A stretch of 64,000 nt of DNA from Octopus sinensis (Eukaryota), in the NCBI RefSeq assembly GCF_006345805.1, contig NC_042999.1, positions 89,156,001 to 89,220,000 on the forward strand, given 5' to 3'. The notes beneath the pieces are model-generated. The model saw only the letters and a program-made list of their open reading frames with translations, searched no databases and was not told the DNA's origin. Shown piece by piece: positions 11,796-23,931 of this stretch. The translations under genes and the position numbers were made by a program. Positions within the stretch are counted from its first letter, which is position 1, and each line of letters starts with the position of its first letter.

Positions 11796-12010
11796 TTCTT
11801 TTCTTTTATTCTTTTATTTATTTCAGTCATTTGATTGCGGCCATGCTGGAACACCGCCTTTAGTCGAACAAATCATTCCCCAGGACTTATTCTTTGTAAG
11901 CCTAGTACTTTTTCTATCGGTCTCTGTTGCCGAACCGCTAGTTTACGGGGACATAAACACACCAACATCGGTTGGCAAGCAATGGTGAGGAACAAACACA
12001 GACACACACA
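11796..12010 (-). mobile_element. SINE family B
   Basis: tttcagtcatttgattgcggccatgctggaacaccgcc...gccgaaccgctagtttacgggg. Confidence 0.85.
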
Positions 12011-12011
12011 C

Positions 12012-12048
<37 letters not shown>

Positions 12049-12152
12049 TATAAGTACATTAAAAGGCTTCCAATAAAGAAGCAAGTGCTAGATACACAAA
12101 GAGGGGATAAATTCATGAAATGAAAATTAAAAACGTTTACCATCTCAGCCAA

Positions 12153-12227
12153 TCTTGTACTGCAATTTCGTCTTTTTTTTAGCAAATGGATAGAATTCAT
12201 CTGGCAAGGCCAGACTCGTCAGCAAGA
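12153..12227 (-). ncRNA. Type I hammerhead ribozyme (left arm)
   Basis: tcttg-CTGACGA-gtct-[38 nt]-agac-GAAA-t-tgca-g-TA-caaga. Confidence 0.7.
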
Positions 12228-12368
12228 AGCATTTATAATCCAAGCCCGCATGCTCTCTGTTCGCCGGGTATGGTTTGCGTCTGAGCACTGGTCTGAAAAG
12301 TTAGAGTTTACAAATCGTTAGATTTACACGTACTTCTAGCGATATGTATAGCTTGGATTATAAAGGCT

Positions 12369-12443
12369 TCTTGCTGACGAGCCTGGCCTTGGCAGATGAA
12401 TTCTATCCATTTGCTAAAAAAAAGACGAAACTGCAGTACAAGA
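12369..12443 (+). ncRNA. Type I hammerhead ribozyme (right arm)
   Basis: tcttg-CTGACGA-gcct-[38 nt]-agac-GAAA-c-tgca-g-TA-caaga; one helix II mismatch. Confidence 0.7.
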
Positions 12444-13147
12444 TTGGCTGAGATGGTAAACGCTTTTAATTTTCATTTCATGAATTTATCCCCTCTTTGT
12501 GTATCTAGCACTTGCTTCTTTATTGGAAGCCTTTTAATGTACATATATATGAATAACGTATAGTCTAATGACTAATTCGTCTTTTGTGCTAGGTCGCTGG
12601 TAATAATAATTTATTTTTATTACCCTTTTTACTATGTTTATATATATATATATATATAATTCCAAGAGATTAAAGGATGTGAATTCAACCAACTAAAGGA
12701 TAATAGCTATCCAATATACTGCTGGTAGAATATCCAATTATTAATGCACAAGTGTTTTTTCTTTTCATTGCATGGTAATTACACTACTGAATGTAATAAA
12801 CGGGTGAGGATAAAAAGTTGTTTTCTCTTTAATTTATTCGGCAATAAGAAAATGGAGGGGATCAAGAGGTGGTATTCATCTACTTTTAGACATTATATTA
12901 TGTCTATTTATTTATTTATTTATTAAAAAACTGTTATAACAATATACATACATGTATAACATATTATACACACACGCACCTTTGTGTTGGGGGCTCCTTC
13001 GTATTGGAGGTCATCTTGACTTTGTTATCTTCCCTACTTACCTTCTCCCGTCTGACTATTCTGTCCGAAGTCAGACGCCATGATAGATCGTTAGCTACTA
13101 CACACATTTTTTCTCTCCTTGTTTCTCTCCTTGTTATTTTCTGTGTA

Positions 13148-13185
13148 TCTTTCTGTAGAAGAGCGTAGGCTCGAAACATAAGAGA
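13148..13185 (+). ncRNA. Decayed minimal HHR-like motif
   Basis: tcttt-CTGTAGAA-gagc-gtag-gctc-GAAA-c(a)ta-agaga; perfect helix II, non-canonical core, GAAACGT appears decayed to GAAACAT. Confidence 0.4.
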
Positions 13186-13357
13186 CTTTTTCTATTCCTG
13201 AGCGCTATACTAATACATCTGTTTATTTGTACTCCACTTGCCTTCGTCTTTTGTTTATTTTCGTAAACTTTCCCTTTATAACATATTATGCTTTACATAT
13301 ATAAAAAAATATCAGTAATTATTAAAATATATAACGTAGAACATAGGGAGTAGAATA

Positions 13358-13486
13358 GGTTTTTACAGCTGTTTCAGCCAAGAGGTCATAGTACCCCACT
13401 TTACGTCCATTCCTTCAGTGAACTGAAGTATTTGGTAGATAAGATTAAGGTACTTGAGTGTGCCCCTGGGCTTCGTCAGAGAGTTT
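13358..13486 (-). ncRNA. HHR with 89-nt helix II loop and poor helix I
   Basis: CTGACGA-agcc-[89 nt]-ggct-GAAA-c-agct-g-TA; helix I does not pair well (aaactct vs aaaacc). Confidence 0.5.
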
Positions 13487-13585
13487 AAAATATTCATAAG
13501 GTTAAGCTATAAATACAAATACATACATATATACACACTTTTACATATACATACATACATAAATATACATAAAACATATCTATGC

Positions 13586-13627
<42 letters not shown>

Positions 13628-13854
13628 TATATATATATAATATATATATATATTATGTATGTATATGCATACAAGGAATCAATTATTATTATTATTATTA
13701 GATGTATTATATTATTCTTATTAGATAAAGTATAAACAGAGGAAAGAGAAAATTATAAAAGAGAAATAATAGCGGAATTTAAGTAATCACTCTATCTTAA
13801 GATCATTGCAGTTATGTAGGAATGAAAAGGTATATAAATGAGGAATACACACAT

Positions 13855-13888
<34 letters not shown>

Positions 13889-13936
13889 TCACACACACAA
13901 TATATATATATATATAAATATACATACATATATATA

Positions 13937-13967
<31 letters not shown>

Positions 13968-14098
13968 TATTTACGTACAAATATACCCATAGGTACATAC
14001 ATATTTCATGTATTGAGAAGGGAGGATTACTGTAGTAGTTCGTATTTTTTTTTTATATAATTATAATAATTATACACAAACATGCACACACAATATAC

Positions 14099-14133
<35 letters not shown>

Positions 14134-14139
14134 TATCTA

Positions 14140-14171
<32 letters not shown>

Positions 14172-14183
14172 ATAATTGTATAT

Positions 14184-14299
<116 letters not shown>

Positions 14300-14310
14300 T
14301 ATATATATAT

Positions 14311-14504
14311 ATATTAGTTATCGCCATACTAATATGGCATTCTTATAAAAATAAGATAAAGCTGACCGCTCATTAGCTCCATGAGGCCATCGCCTTAAGT
14401 TAGCTATATATATATATATTCGTGTGTGTGTCATGGAGCTAATGAGCGGTCAGCTTTATTCTTATTTTTATAAGAATGCCATATAGTATGGCGATAACTA
14501 ATAT
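14311..14504. repeat. Inverted repeat (74-bp arms, 46-bp spacer)
   Basis: 14311-14384 is the reverse complement of 14431-14504 apart from two 1-nt indels; (TA)n flank. Confidence 0.9.
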
Positions 14505-14573
14505 TTTCCGGGAACGCTGCCGTGTTCTCTTTTAGAGAGACTTAGTAATTTTAATTTCTAAATATTATTATAT

Positions 14574-14627
<54 letters not shown>

Positions 14628-14630
14628 TAC

Positions 14631-15451
14631 ATTTAACTTAACTTTATTTCATCTAATATAATAGATTCAATAGACTTTTACTATCCTACCTACTAATAGT
14701 TAACCTTGGATTATTTGTTTTTTATTTGTATACATTTATGTATTTTTGCCAACTTTGTTGTTTATGCTATCGGTTATCCATTAACCAACCATAACGAAGT
14801 CATGGCCTTTCAAAACAATAGATGACTAATTAGATTACGGGACTGACGATAACCCCCTCCTCACTTCCCGCATGATTTCAGCAACTCGATCAACAAAAAG
14901 TAACGGAAAATAATAAAGTATCTTGATTAATACTAGGAAATTTATTAGTTTTAGTACCGACTTATATCACAGGTATTAATCTAAACTCTAACCCACTTAT
15001 TGTGGACCTTTATCTCAAGCCCTCAATAGAAAACATATCGCATGTGAATATATATGTATGTACATGCGATATGTTTTCTATTGAGGGCTTGAGATAAAGG
15101 TCCACAATAAGTGGGTTAGAGTTTAGATTAATACCTGTGATATAAGTCGGTACTAAAACTAATAAATTTCCTAGTATTAATCTTTTTGTTGATCGAGTTG
15201 CTGAAATCCTGCGGGAAGTGAGGAGGGGGTTATCGTCAGTCCCGTAATCTAATTAGTCATCTATTGTTTTGAAAGGCCATGACTTCGTTATGGTTGGTTA
15301 ATGGATAACCGATAGCATAAACAACAAAGTTGGCAAAAATACATAAATGTATACAAATAAAAAACAAATAATCCAAGGTTAACTATTAGTAGGTAGGATA
15401 GTAAAAGTCTATTGAATCTATTATATTAGATGAAATAAAGTTAAGTTAAAT
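14631..15451. repeat. Near-perfect palindrome (415/390-bp arms, 16-nt loop)
   Basis: 14631-15045 vs 15062-15451: one substitution and one 25-bp indel (gtaacggaaaataataaagtatctt) seen. Confidence 0.95.
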
Positions 15452-15482
15452 AACGCAATATATAAGTAAAATGTGAATGAAT

Positions 15483-15554
<72 letters not shown>

Positions 15555-15591
15555 ATCTATCTATCTATCTCTCCCTCCATATATATATATA

Positions 15592-15793
15592 CTTTATTTA
15601 AAAGCAGCAGAAATTCAACAAAACCTGTTACTCGGAGTTTCACGTTCCCGTTCGTCGGACAGTTTTGTTAAACGTGAAACTTCGAGTAACAGGTTTGTTG
15701 AATTTCTGCTGCTTTTAAATAAAGCATATTACTCTACCCCTGGTATTTGAGTACTCTTTTTTCCACCTTGTTTCACATTTATGTGTTTACTCC

Positions 15794-15795
<2 letters not shown>
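15592..15795. mobile_element. Small fold-back element (55/54-bp arms) between (TA)n tracts; PLE pseudo-LTR-like
   Basis: 15592-15646 vs 15671-15724 inverted; contains an HHR and an inverted half-HHR. Confidence 0.7.
15617..15669 (-). ncRNA. Compact type I HHR with CCGACGA core
   Basis: aacaaaa-ctgt-CCGACGA-acg-ggaa-cgt-GAAA-ct-ccg-ag-TA-acag-g-ttttgtt. Confidence 0.65.
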
Positions 15796-15835
<40 letters not shown>

Positions 15836-15859
15836 ATATATATTAGTATTTTAGGTTAA

Positions 15860-16440
15860 AGTGATATTACTAAGGGGATATGGTTTTAATAGACTGCATA
15901 TGAAAGATAAGTTATTACAAATTTATTTTAAAAAACAGTATATAATAACACATGTATCTGTCTAATTAGAGAAATCTTTTGTATATTTACCAAACCATAC
16001 GGGTAATATAGGGTTAAAATTAAATTTTGGAAGTTATTCGGACCAGATTCAAATAAAGGGCAAAAGACCAAAAGTGACCGTACAAGTTGTTTCACTAAGT
16101 TATTTATCTCTAAAATTATGTTAAAAATGTATTCTCCGATAAAATACATTAATTGCAATGCTCCATGCTAAATTAATGAACCAACTCAATATATATCCTC
16201 AGGTATCTTCTATATATATTACTAAATTGTTATTTATTGCTAAAATTATGTTTAATCCATTTTATCTGACAAAATGCATCAGGTTCAAGACGCTATATAT
16301 AGTATTCAGTCACTTACTGAACCAATCAGTCGTTCAGTTCTTTAAAATATTTATCCGTCTATTTATTCAGTTGATTACTTTTAATGGCATATCTAAGAGG
16401 TGTGGTGGTGGTGGTGGTAGGGAGTTATTAAGCTATAAAT
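15860..16440 (-). mobile_element. Possible very decayed PLE-like RT relic between (TA)n tracts
   Basis: Only weak motif echoes (CILSENTF, G..F.SFALYLNL, VW*IYKRF) with many stops. Confidence 0.2.
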
Positions 16441-17316
16441 AGAATTAAGGGAGGTAACTCCGGGTTATTAGGATCTATAATTAGAATAATGACATACTCA
16501 AAAATTTAGGACCATTATTCAATCAAACGATCAATAGATAAATTAATTAATTTATTTATTGGTTCAGTTACGGGGTTGCATGTCAATGCCTGTATCTATA
16601 CATACATATGTATATACAATATATATAATATATATCTACATATATACACAACCATATATATATATATATATGTATTATTATATATATGTATGATGTATAT
16701 ATATATATATAATATATATATATAATATATATATACACATATATATACATGTATATACCCCACACACATATATACTAGCTTTAATATATATAAGAAAAAC
16801 TGATTAAGTGCAAAGGTTAGTAATAGATAATGTTATTAATTTATATACTTGTGGATTGTAATTTAATATAAATTATAAGCTAGTCAATGTTTATATGTTA
16901 AAGGTACTAGCAGAAAACATAAACATAGCTACCTAAACCTATATATGTGTGTGTGTATACATACATATAAATAAATAAATAAATTGCATCGTAATCCTTA
17001 ACATTTATGTATTAACGTTGTTGGGTACTTCACTAGCAGTATATTGAATATATGTTATCCCATGGAGGGTTGCATTTACAACCCCTATCTCAATTTGTAT
17101 ATATATATATAGATAGATATTATATATACAAGTGCGTGCACATAGATACATATATACACACATACCCACCTATAATAATACAAAAGTAGCCACAATAGTA
17201 ATATATATTCTTTATATATACTTGCATAATTATCATATATTATATAATACAGTATAACATCAATAATAATATGTGTGTGTGTATATATATATATATATAT
17301 TATACACACACACACA

Positions 17317-17470
17317 TACGACGGACCTCTTAGTTTCATCTAGCAAATCCACTCAAAAGAATTTGGTCGGCCCGAGGTTACAGTTGTATATACTTGCCCA
17401 AAGTGCCACGCAGTGGGACTGATCCCGGAGCTATGTAGTTGGAAAGCAACCTACTTATCACACAACCACT
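17317..17470 (-). mobile_element. SINE family C
   Basis: tacgacggacctcttagtttc...tacttgcccaaagtgccacgcagtgggactgatcccgg. Confidence 0.85.
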
Positions 17471-17505
17471 CCTATATATGCATACACACACATATGTATA
17501 AACAC

Positions 17506-17539
<34 letters not shown>

Positions 17540-17540
17540 T

Positions 17541-17625
<85 letters not shown>

Positions 17626-17631
17626 GTATGC

Positions 17632-17830
17632 ATCTTATATTTTGTCATTTACTTGTTTCAGTCATTAGACCGCGGCTATGATGTGGCACCGCGTTGAAGA
17701 ATATTTCGCCGAATAAATCGACCCCAGCAACATATTTTATTGGTCTGTTTTGCCGAACCGCTGTTACATGAATATAAACATGCTAACACCGGTTGTCAAG
17801 CGGTAGTGGGGAAAAATATAGACACAGAGC
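17632..17830 (-). mobile_element. SINE family B
   Basis: ttacttgtttcagtcattagaccgcggctatg...tttgccgaaccgctg. Confidence 0.8.
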
Positions 17831-18069
17831 ACATACATTCACACACATACACATTCACACACACACACACATACACACACATACACACACATATATATGT
17901 AGCATTCAGTTAACATTTGCGCCAATAACAAAAATCCAAGCTTCAGAATCTTTCCCAATTCAGCGAAAATACAGCCTGTAGCCAACGAATTATTAAAAAT
18001 AATCTCTTTATTATAAACTACAGACCCTTTTTGAACGCATCTACAACAAACGACATATCCACATGGGCC

Positions 18070-18480
18070 TTAGAATAACACAAGCACACACGCAAATATT
18101 AAAAATGATACATTGAAGAGATACCCAAGAATTTATTAAAAAACAGTTCCAATCACTGCTATAATCCACAACAAGTTACTTTTAGGTCACTTGATCATTT
18201 AACATCCTACTACTATCATACCACCTGCATTCCCTTATTATTCTCTCTTCTCTTTCTCCTTCTTCTTCTTTGTCTTCTTCCTCTCTGCCACCTCCTTCCT
18301 TACTTTACAACTATTGTTGTTTAGAATAACACCTACGCAAATATTATAAACAATACATTGAAAAGAGACGTCTCAAGAATTCAATCACTGCTACCATCCA
18401 CAACAAGTCACTTTCAGGGCACTTGACCATCTACCACCCTACTACTATCATGACACCCCGCATTCTTTTTCTTCTCTTTC
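18070..18480. repeat. Diverged ~250-bp tandem duplication
   Basis: tagaataacac..cgcaaatatta..caatcactgcta..atccacaacaagt..cctactactatcat occurs at ~18070 and ~18322. Confidence 0.75.
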
Positions 18481-18727
18481 TCCTCCTCCTCCTCCTTCTT
18501 CTTCTTCTACTTCTTCTTTTTCTACTTCTTCTTCTTCCTCTTCTTCTTCTGCTTCTACTTCTTCTGCTTCTACTTCTTCTCTGCCAAGAATTCACAATGA
18601 CCTCGAACCCACAAGAGTAAACAAGAGAGCTAGAGACAGGCAGAAACGAGGAAATGCTCCTTGTAAGTATACTATGCAAATATTCTTTTTTCCATATATA
18701 TCAAGTCATGTTTCCTTTTCAACCTTC

Positions 18728-18766
<39 letters not shown>

Positions 18767-18825
18767 ATTGTGTGTGTGTGTGTTTGTGTGCGCGCGCGGC
18801 GTGTGTATGTATTTGTATTATATAT

Positions 18826-18891
<66 letters not shown>

Positions 18892-18904
18892 GTATGTATA
18901 TGTA

Positions 18905-19057
18905 TACGGTAAGCTTCTTTCAGTTTCCATCAACAAAATCACTCATAACGCTTTAGTTGGCCCGAAGCTATAGTAGAAAACACTTGACCAAAGTATCACG
19001 CAATGGGACTGAAACCGGATCTATGTGTTTGGGAAGCAAATTCTTACCACACAGCCT
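18905..19057 (-). mobile_element. SINE family C
   Basis: gcttctttcagtttccatcaacaaaatc...gggactgaaaccgg...ttcttaccacacagcc. Confidence 0.85.
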
Positions 19058-19105
19058 CGCCTGCTGCTATGTATTCATATGTTTATGTATACAGACATAT
19101 ATGTA

Positions 19106-19159
<54 letters not shown>

Positions 19160-19301
19160 GGGAAACCACTATGTGGACACCCTTATGCTAGAAATAGATC
19201 CACTACGGTCTCACCACTAGAAATGTTCTCAAAAAATTTAGCAAAGCAACCAAAACGTAATCGAGCAAGACAAAAGTAAAAGTAATAAAAGTATGGATTA
19301 T

Positions 19302-19359
19302 TCGTATACATGTTTCACTCTCAATAAATTACGTAATTGTCCGTAGATCATCGGTACGA
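19302..19359 (-). ncRNA. Type I HHR with CCGATGA core
   Basis: tcgta-CCGATGA-tct-[25 nt]-agt-GAAA-c-at-g-TA-tacga; helix III is the palindrome ACATGT; closing helix II pair mismatched. Confidence 0.55.
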
Positions 19360-19985
19360 CCGTCCATGGTGAATATAATATGCAGGACTACATACTTGGA
19401 CGTCCGAACAAAGTCAGACTTCTAAAACAGTCCTGCCCATTACAGTCCTGTTGGCTGTCCTTCTACTCCTTATTTCGAGCATTCAATCAAAAAGATAAGA
19501 CTTTGAAGGCAGTTGCTCACGCGAACCAAAATAAAAGAAATTGGGAATTTGCGGAGGGTCAAAGCTGGTAACAAAAACAGGACATACAACAAATCAAACG
19601 AAATGAATACAAACAAGGAGGGCCCTTAGGCGCAGACGAGGTAAAAACGGCGAACGCTTGAAGAAGATTCTTTAATAAGAGAAAAAAGAGACAGATACAA
19701 AAGCGTACGAGCTGCGCAAGAGAGTGAAGGAAAAGAAAGTTCACGTGAGCAAAGGAAGGATGGACGATGTTCACGTGTGAGCAGCGAGAGAGAGTAAAGG
19801 AGGAAGAGGGAGGGAGAGAGGGACAGACAGATAGAGAGAGAGAAAGACAGACAGACAGACAGAGGGGAGGTGGAGAAGAAACAGTAAAGGATAGAGTTGC
19901 ATCGATTATATTAAGAAAAAATTACTTGAAATGAATGCGGTGGCGTTCAACAAATAATAATAATAATATAATAATAATATAAACC

Positions 19986-20071
<86 letters not shown>

Positions 20072-20124
20072 CATATAGATACACATATGTACATACATAT
20101 GTATATATATATAAATGTATATCC

Positions 20125-20339
20125 TTGTGTGTGTGCTTGTATTTGTCCTCCCACCATCGCTTGACAACCGATGCTGGTGTGCTTACGTCCCTGTATCTTA
20201 GTGGTCCGTCAAAATATACCGATAGAATAAGTACTAGGTTTACAAAGAATAAGTCCTAGATTGGATTTCTTCGACTAAAAGCCCTTTAACGCAGTGCTCC
20301 AGCATGGCTGCAGTCAAATGACTGAAACAAGTAAAAGAA
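20125..20339 (+). mobile_element. SINE family B
   Basis: gtgcttacgtccctgtatcttagtggtccg...gctccagcatggctgcagtcaaatgactgaaacaagtaaaaga. Confidence 0.85.
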
Positions 20340-20656
20340 TATCTTTAAAAATTCTAACAAATTCTACAGCCTCAAGCTGAAAGTGTTATTCACAAAAAGT
20401 ATATGCATATATATTCTAAGATGATTAGCTTACTATATATATTGATCGATTAAATAAATATCTCCGCGCCTCCCTTTTATTAATTCCATGTTAACAGAAC
20501 CTTGTAAAATTGCTACTAGTGTTTCATTATCAGTGATAAGATAAACAGGCAACCTTGTTATTTTAATCTGTAACGTAATGTGGTGTGCGTGTGTGAGTGT
20601 GTACGTATGTATGTATGTATGAACATATATTTATATATATACATATATATATATAT

Positions 20657-20695
<39 letters not shown>

Positions 20696-21636
20696 CATAT
20701 ATACATATATATATATATACATATCTATAATATACATATAATATATATACATATATATATATATTATATATATATATATATATAATATATATATATATAA
20801 TTATCATGTATTTGTGTATGTATGTGTATATTATGGAACTATTGCGGTCAATGATTGCTTTGCTTAAAATGAGTTTAGTTTTTTTTTACATGTGTGTATG
20901 TCCGTGTGTGTGCCCGTGTGTGTATTTGTGTGAGGGTGCGTGTATGTGTGTAAGAGAGAGAGAGAGATAGAGAGAGAGAGAAAGAGACAGGCAAACATGC
21001 AGACAGACAGACAGACAGACAGGCAGATTGGCAGAGAGAAACAGAGAGAGAATGTGATGGTATTACTTGGAGAAGGAAACTGGATGCAGCTTCTCTGTGG
21101 AGCAGTCAGCAAGTCGTGAAACGGTCAGGCTGGAGACACACCACCAATTTTTCTTTTTTTTTTACTCATATCAAAAGCATAGAGAGTATGTATTTACATA
21201 CTTGTTTACTTTTACATTCAAGTCTTCTAAGATTTAGATGTATTTCAGATTCATGCACTGTCGTGCATATAAATCATATAATATACATAGTTCAATTAAT
21301 GGGGATCAGTCAAAAACACAAAAATACAAAAACAAGTTAACCACCACGGTGATAGCCTATTTTCTGACTGCTTTATAAAGAAGCGCACCATTCTATTCTA
21401 TTGATTTGGGGAGGGAGAAAACCAATACGTCTTCTCAGAGGTGTGCTCAACAGGTCGTGAAACAGTCTGTCTGAAGGATACCTCCTCTTTTTTTCCACGC
21501 ATCAAAACTATAGGAGGAAAACAATGAGATTGTTATCTCTCTCTCAGCTCGGCTAGCTAATATTTATGCACACAATACATATGTATGCATATTATGTATG
21601 TGTGTGTGTCTGTGTCTGTGTGTTTGTGAGTGTGTA

Positions 21637-22444
21637 CGAGGAGGTACCCAAAAGTAACTGGAAACGTGCTCTGTGGGACAAGCCAATTGCAGTTCGGGCT
21701 TCCACCGCTAAAGGCCACTTTATGCAACCCTTAGTCATCGGTCGTAATGTCGTACTGCAACGTGGTGCGTCTTCATTTTGCAGTGCTTCTACCCTGTTTG
21801 TCGATTTTTGCGATGGCTGAAACGAAGGTACAGCGTGCTTCCGTGAAATTCTGTTTCTGTTGGGGAAAACGGCTTCAAACAGCTTACGAGTTGTTATCAC
21901 GCTCTAGGAATGCTCACTCGTCGCTTGAAGACCAACCTCGTTCAGGGTGACCGCCGACCTCCTGAACATCATGAAAATTCATGAACTCATCTGGGAGGAC
22001 CGTCACTGAACACTTGACGAACTTATGATTGGTGTATCCTGGAGCTCCTGCCGACCGAATTTCAGCGAGGAATTGCGAATGAAAAGAGTTGCAGCAAAAT
22101 TTGTGCCTCGTTTGTTCACTGAATATCAAAAGCAGTCGCGACTGAAAGAACAGTTGGAAGTTAAATCTGATTCCTTTTCGAAAGTCATCACTTGTGATGA
22201 AAGCTAATGCTACGGAATTTGCAGATGTGGAAGAGGTAAAGGGGAAAAAAACAAAAACGACTGAGGCGTTAAAAATCATCACTTTGCAAGAGTTACAGCA
22301 CTACTTTGAACAGTGAAAAACGCTTCTGGACCGATGCAGTGCTTCAAGTGGAGAATACTTTGAAGGCGATAAAAACGTAAACATGTAAAACTAAGTGAAT
22401 ACAACAACGTTGCAAAATTCCGGTTTCTTTTGTGTACTCCTTGG
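21637..22444 (+). mobile_element. Internally deleted mariner element
   Basis: TA-flanked imperfect ~28-bp TIRs (cgaggaggtacccaaaagtaactggaa / ttccggtttcttttgtgtactccttgg); QRASVKFCF, AKFVPRLFT, VITCDES, GEYFEG remnants. Confidence 0.85.
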
Positions 22445-22462
22445 TATATGTACACATACATA

Positions 22463-22915
22463 CGAGGAGTGTAGGAAAAGTCTTGAGCCTCAAAAAAAAA
22501 AAAAACATGGTACAAGACTTCTGATGATTTATTTTTCAACATAGTCCCCCTCGATGGCTGAACACTTTCTCCAGCGGTGCTGAAGTGTCATTATCTCGGA
22601 ATAGAAGAACTCTTTTGTTTGAGACTCCAAGAAACTTCCTACAGCATCTATGACGTCATAGTCACTGGCAAAATGGCGACCAGCCAGGGCTTTTTTCATT
22701 TTGGGGAATAGATGAAAGTCAGAGGGGGCTAAGTCTGGCGAATAAGGCTGGTGGGGAACAAGTTCGTATCCACAATCACGAATTGTTGCCATGGCAACCA
22801 CTGAGGTGTGGGCTGGAGCATTGTCGTGATGAAAAAGGACTCCTCTGGTGAGCATTTTTTCTTTGATTGCTTCAATATCGGAACGGCAATTCTGAGCCAT
22901 GTCTTTCACTACTGA
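22463..22915 (-). mobile_element. Mariner transposase 3' fragment (D34D catalytic end) with TIR
   Basis: ORF 22529-22909 FHHDNAPAHTS...HQPYSPDLAPSDFHLFP...GDYVEK; TIR ta|cgaggagtgtaggaaaagtc. Confidence 0.9.
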
Positions 22916-23640
22916 AGCGTAACTATACGGATATACGCGTCTGACAGTCCGATGACGTTATTCAGAGCGCAGCGATGCGCACAAAGACCACATGATCTAT
23001 ATAAGAAGACTTACATCGTGTGATTGACTTACTAGTGCACTGCCATGAAGGGTTTGGTCGCACAAATCAACAAAAGTACTTATTTCTTTTAAGCAGGGTA
23101 CTTACTTTACTGTTCTCGTTACCTAAACTGTTATATCATGGACACTAAACAAACCAGTAGAGTTAAGGGATATACAGTACGAACACGCGCGGGCACGCAC
23201 GCATACATATGCATACATTCACACACACATACACACGCATACACACCCACACTTACACACACATGCACACGCATACAACATGCCTCTAGAGTTTCTGTGC
23301 ATATATGTGGGGGAAGAGGCGCGAGTGAGTGTATGCGTGTGCATGTGTGCATGAGTGTATACATGTGTGTATGTGTATACATGTGTGTGCGTGTGTAATA
23401 AACACATGTTAGCCGAGAGAAATTAGATATAACTTAGTGGTACGCATATGAAAACTATAGACACATACAGGTATATTCAGTACCATACAACATGTATTGT
23501 TGATTTATTAAGATTGTCTCCCCCTGTATCCAGAGGATGTGTCACAGGTACAACTTCTCCATAGCCATCCAATCAGTAATAAAGCTTTTAAGATTATCGA
23601 GGACAGTCGTGTTGTATGTATGAGGTGTATGTGTGTGTGT

Positions 23641-23712
<72 letters not shown>

Positions 23713-23931
23713 TTCTCTTTAAATATGGAACTAGTAACTACTATTATCTTTTACTGAAGATATTTCTTGATTCTTCAACAATGGACTGCAAACTGCCATG
23801 ATCTAGGGATTCCCTTAATTTATCGTTCATGGAACTGCTAACCAACATTATCTTCTATAAGAATGTTCCTTAATTCTTCGATCATCTGGTAAATACTAAC
23901 ATCCTTTTTTTAAGAATATACTTTAATTTTT

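Larger units (their letters stand above)
12054..12542. mobile_element. Fold-back element (192-bp inverted arms, 105-bp spacer); probable inverted PLE pseudo-LTR pair
   Basis: 12054-12245 is the reverse complement of 12351-12542 with about 5 mismatches; each arm carries an HHR; (TA)n flanks. Confidence 0.8.

Noticed and set aside
14836-14960. Complete HHR in the large palindrome
   Set aside because: Only the CTGACGA box is found; no compatible GAAA and helix II
23200-23400. CA-rich/TG-rich mirrored hairpin
   Set aside because: Degenerate dinucleotide repeats pair trivially
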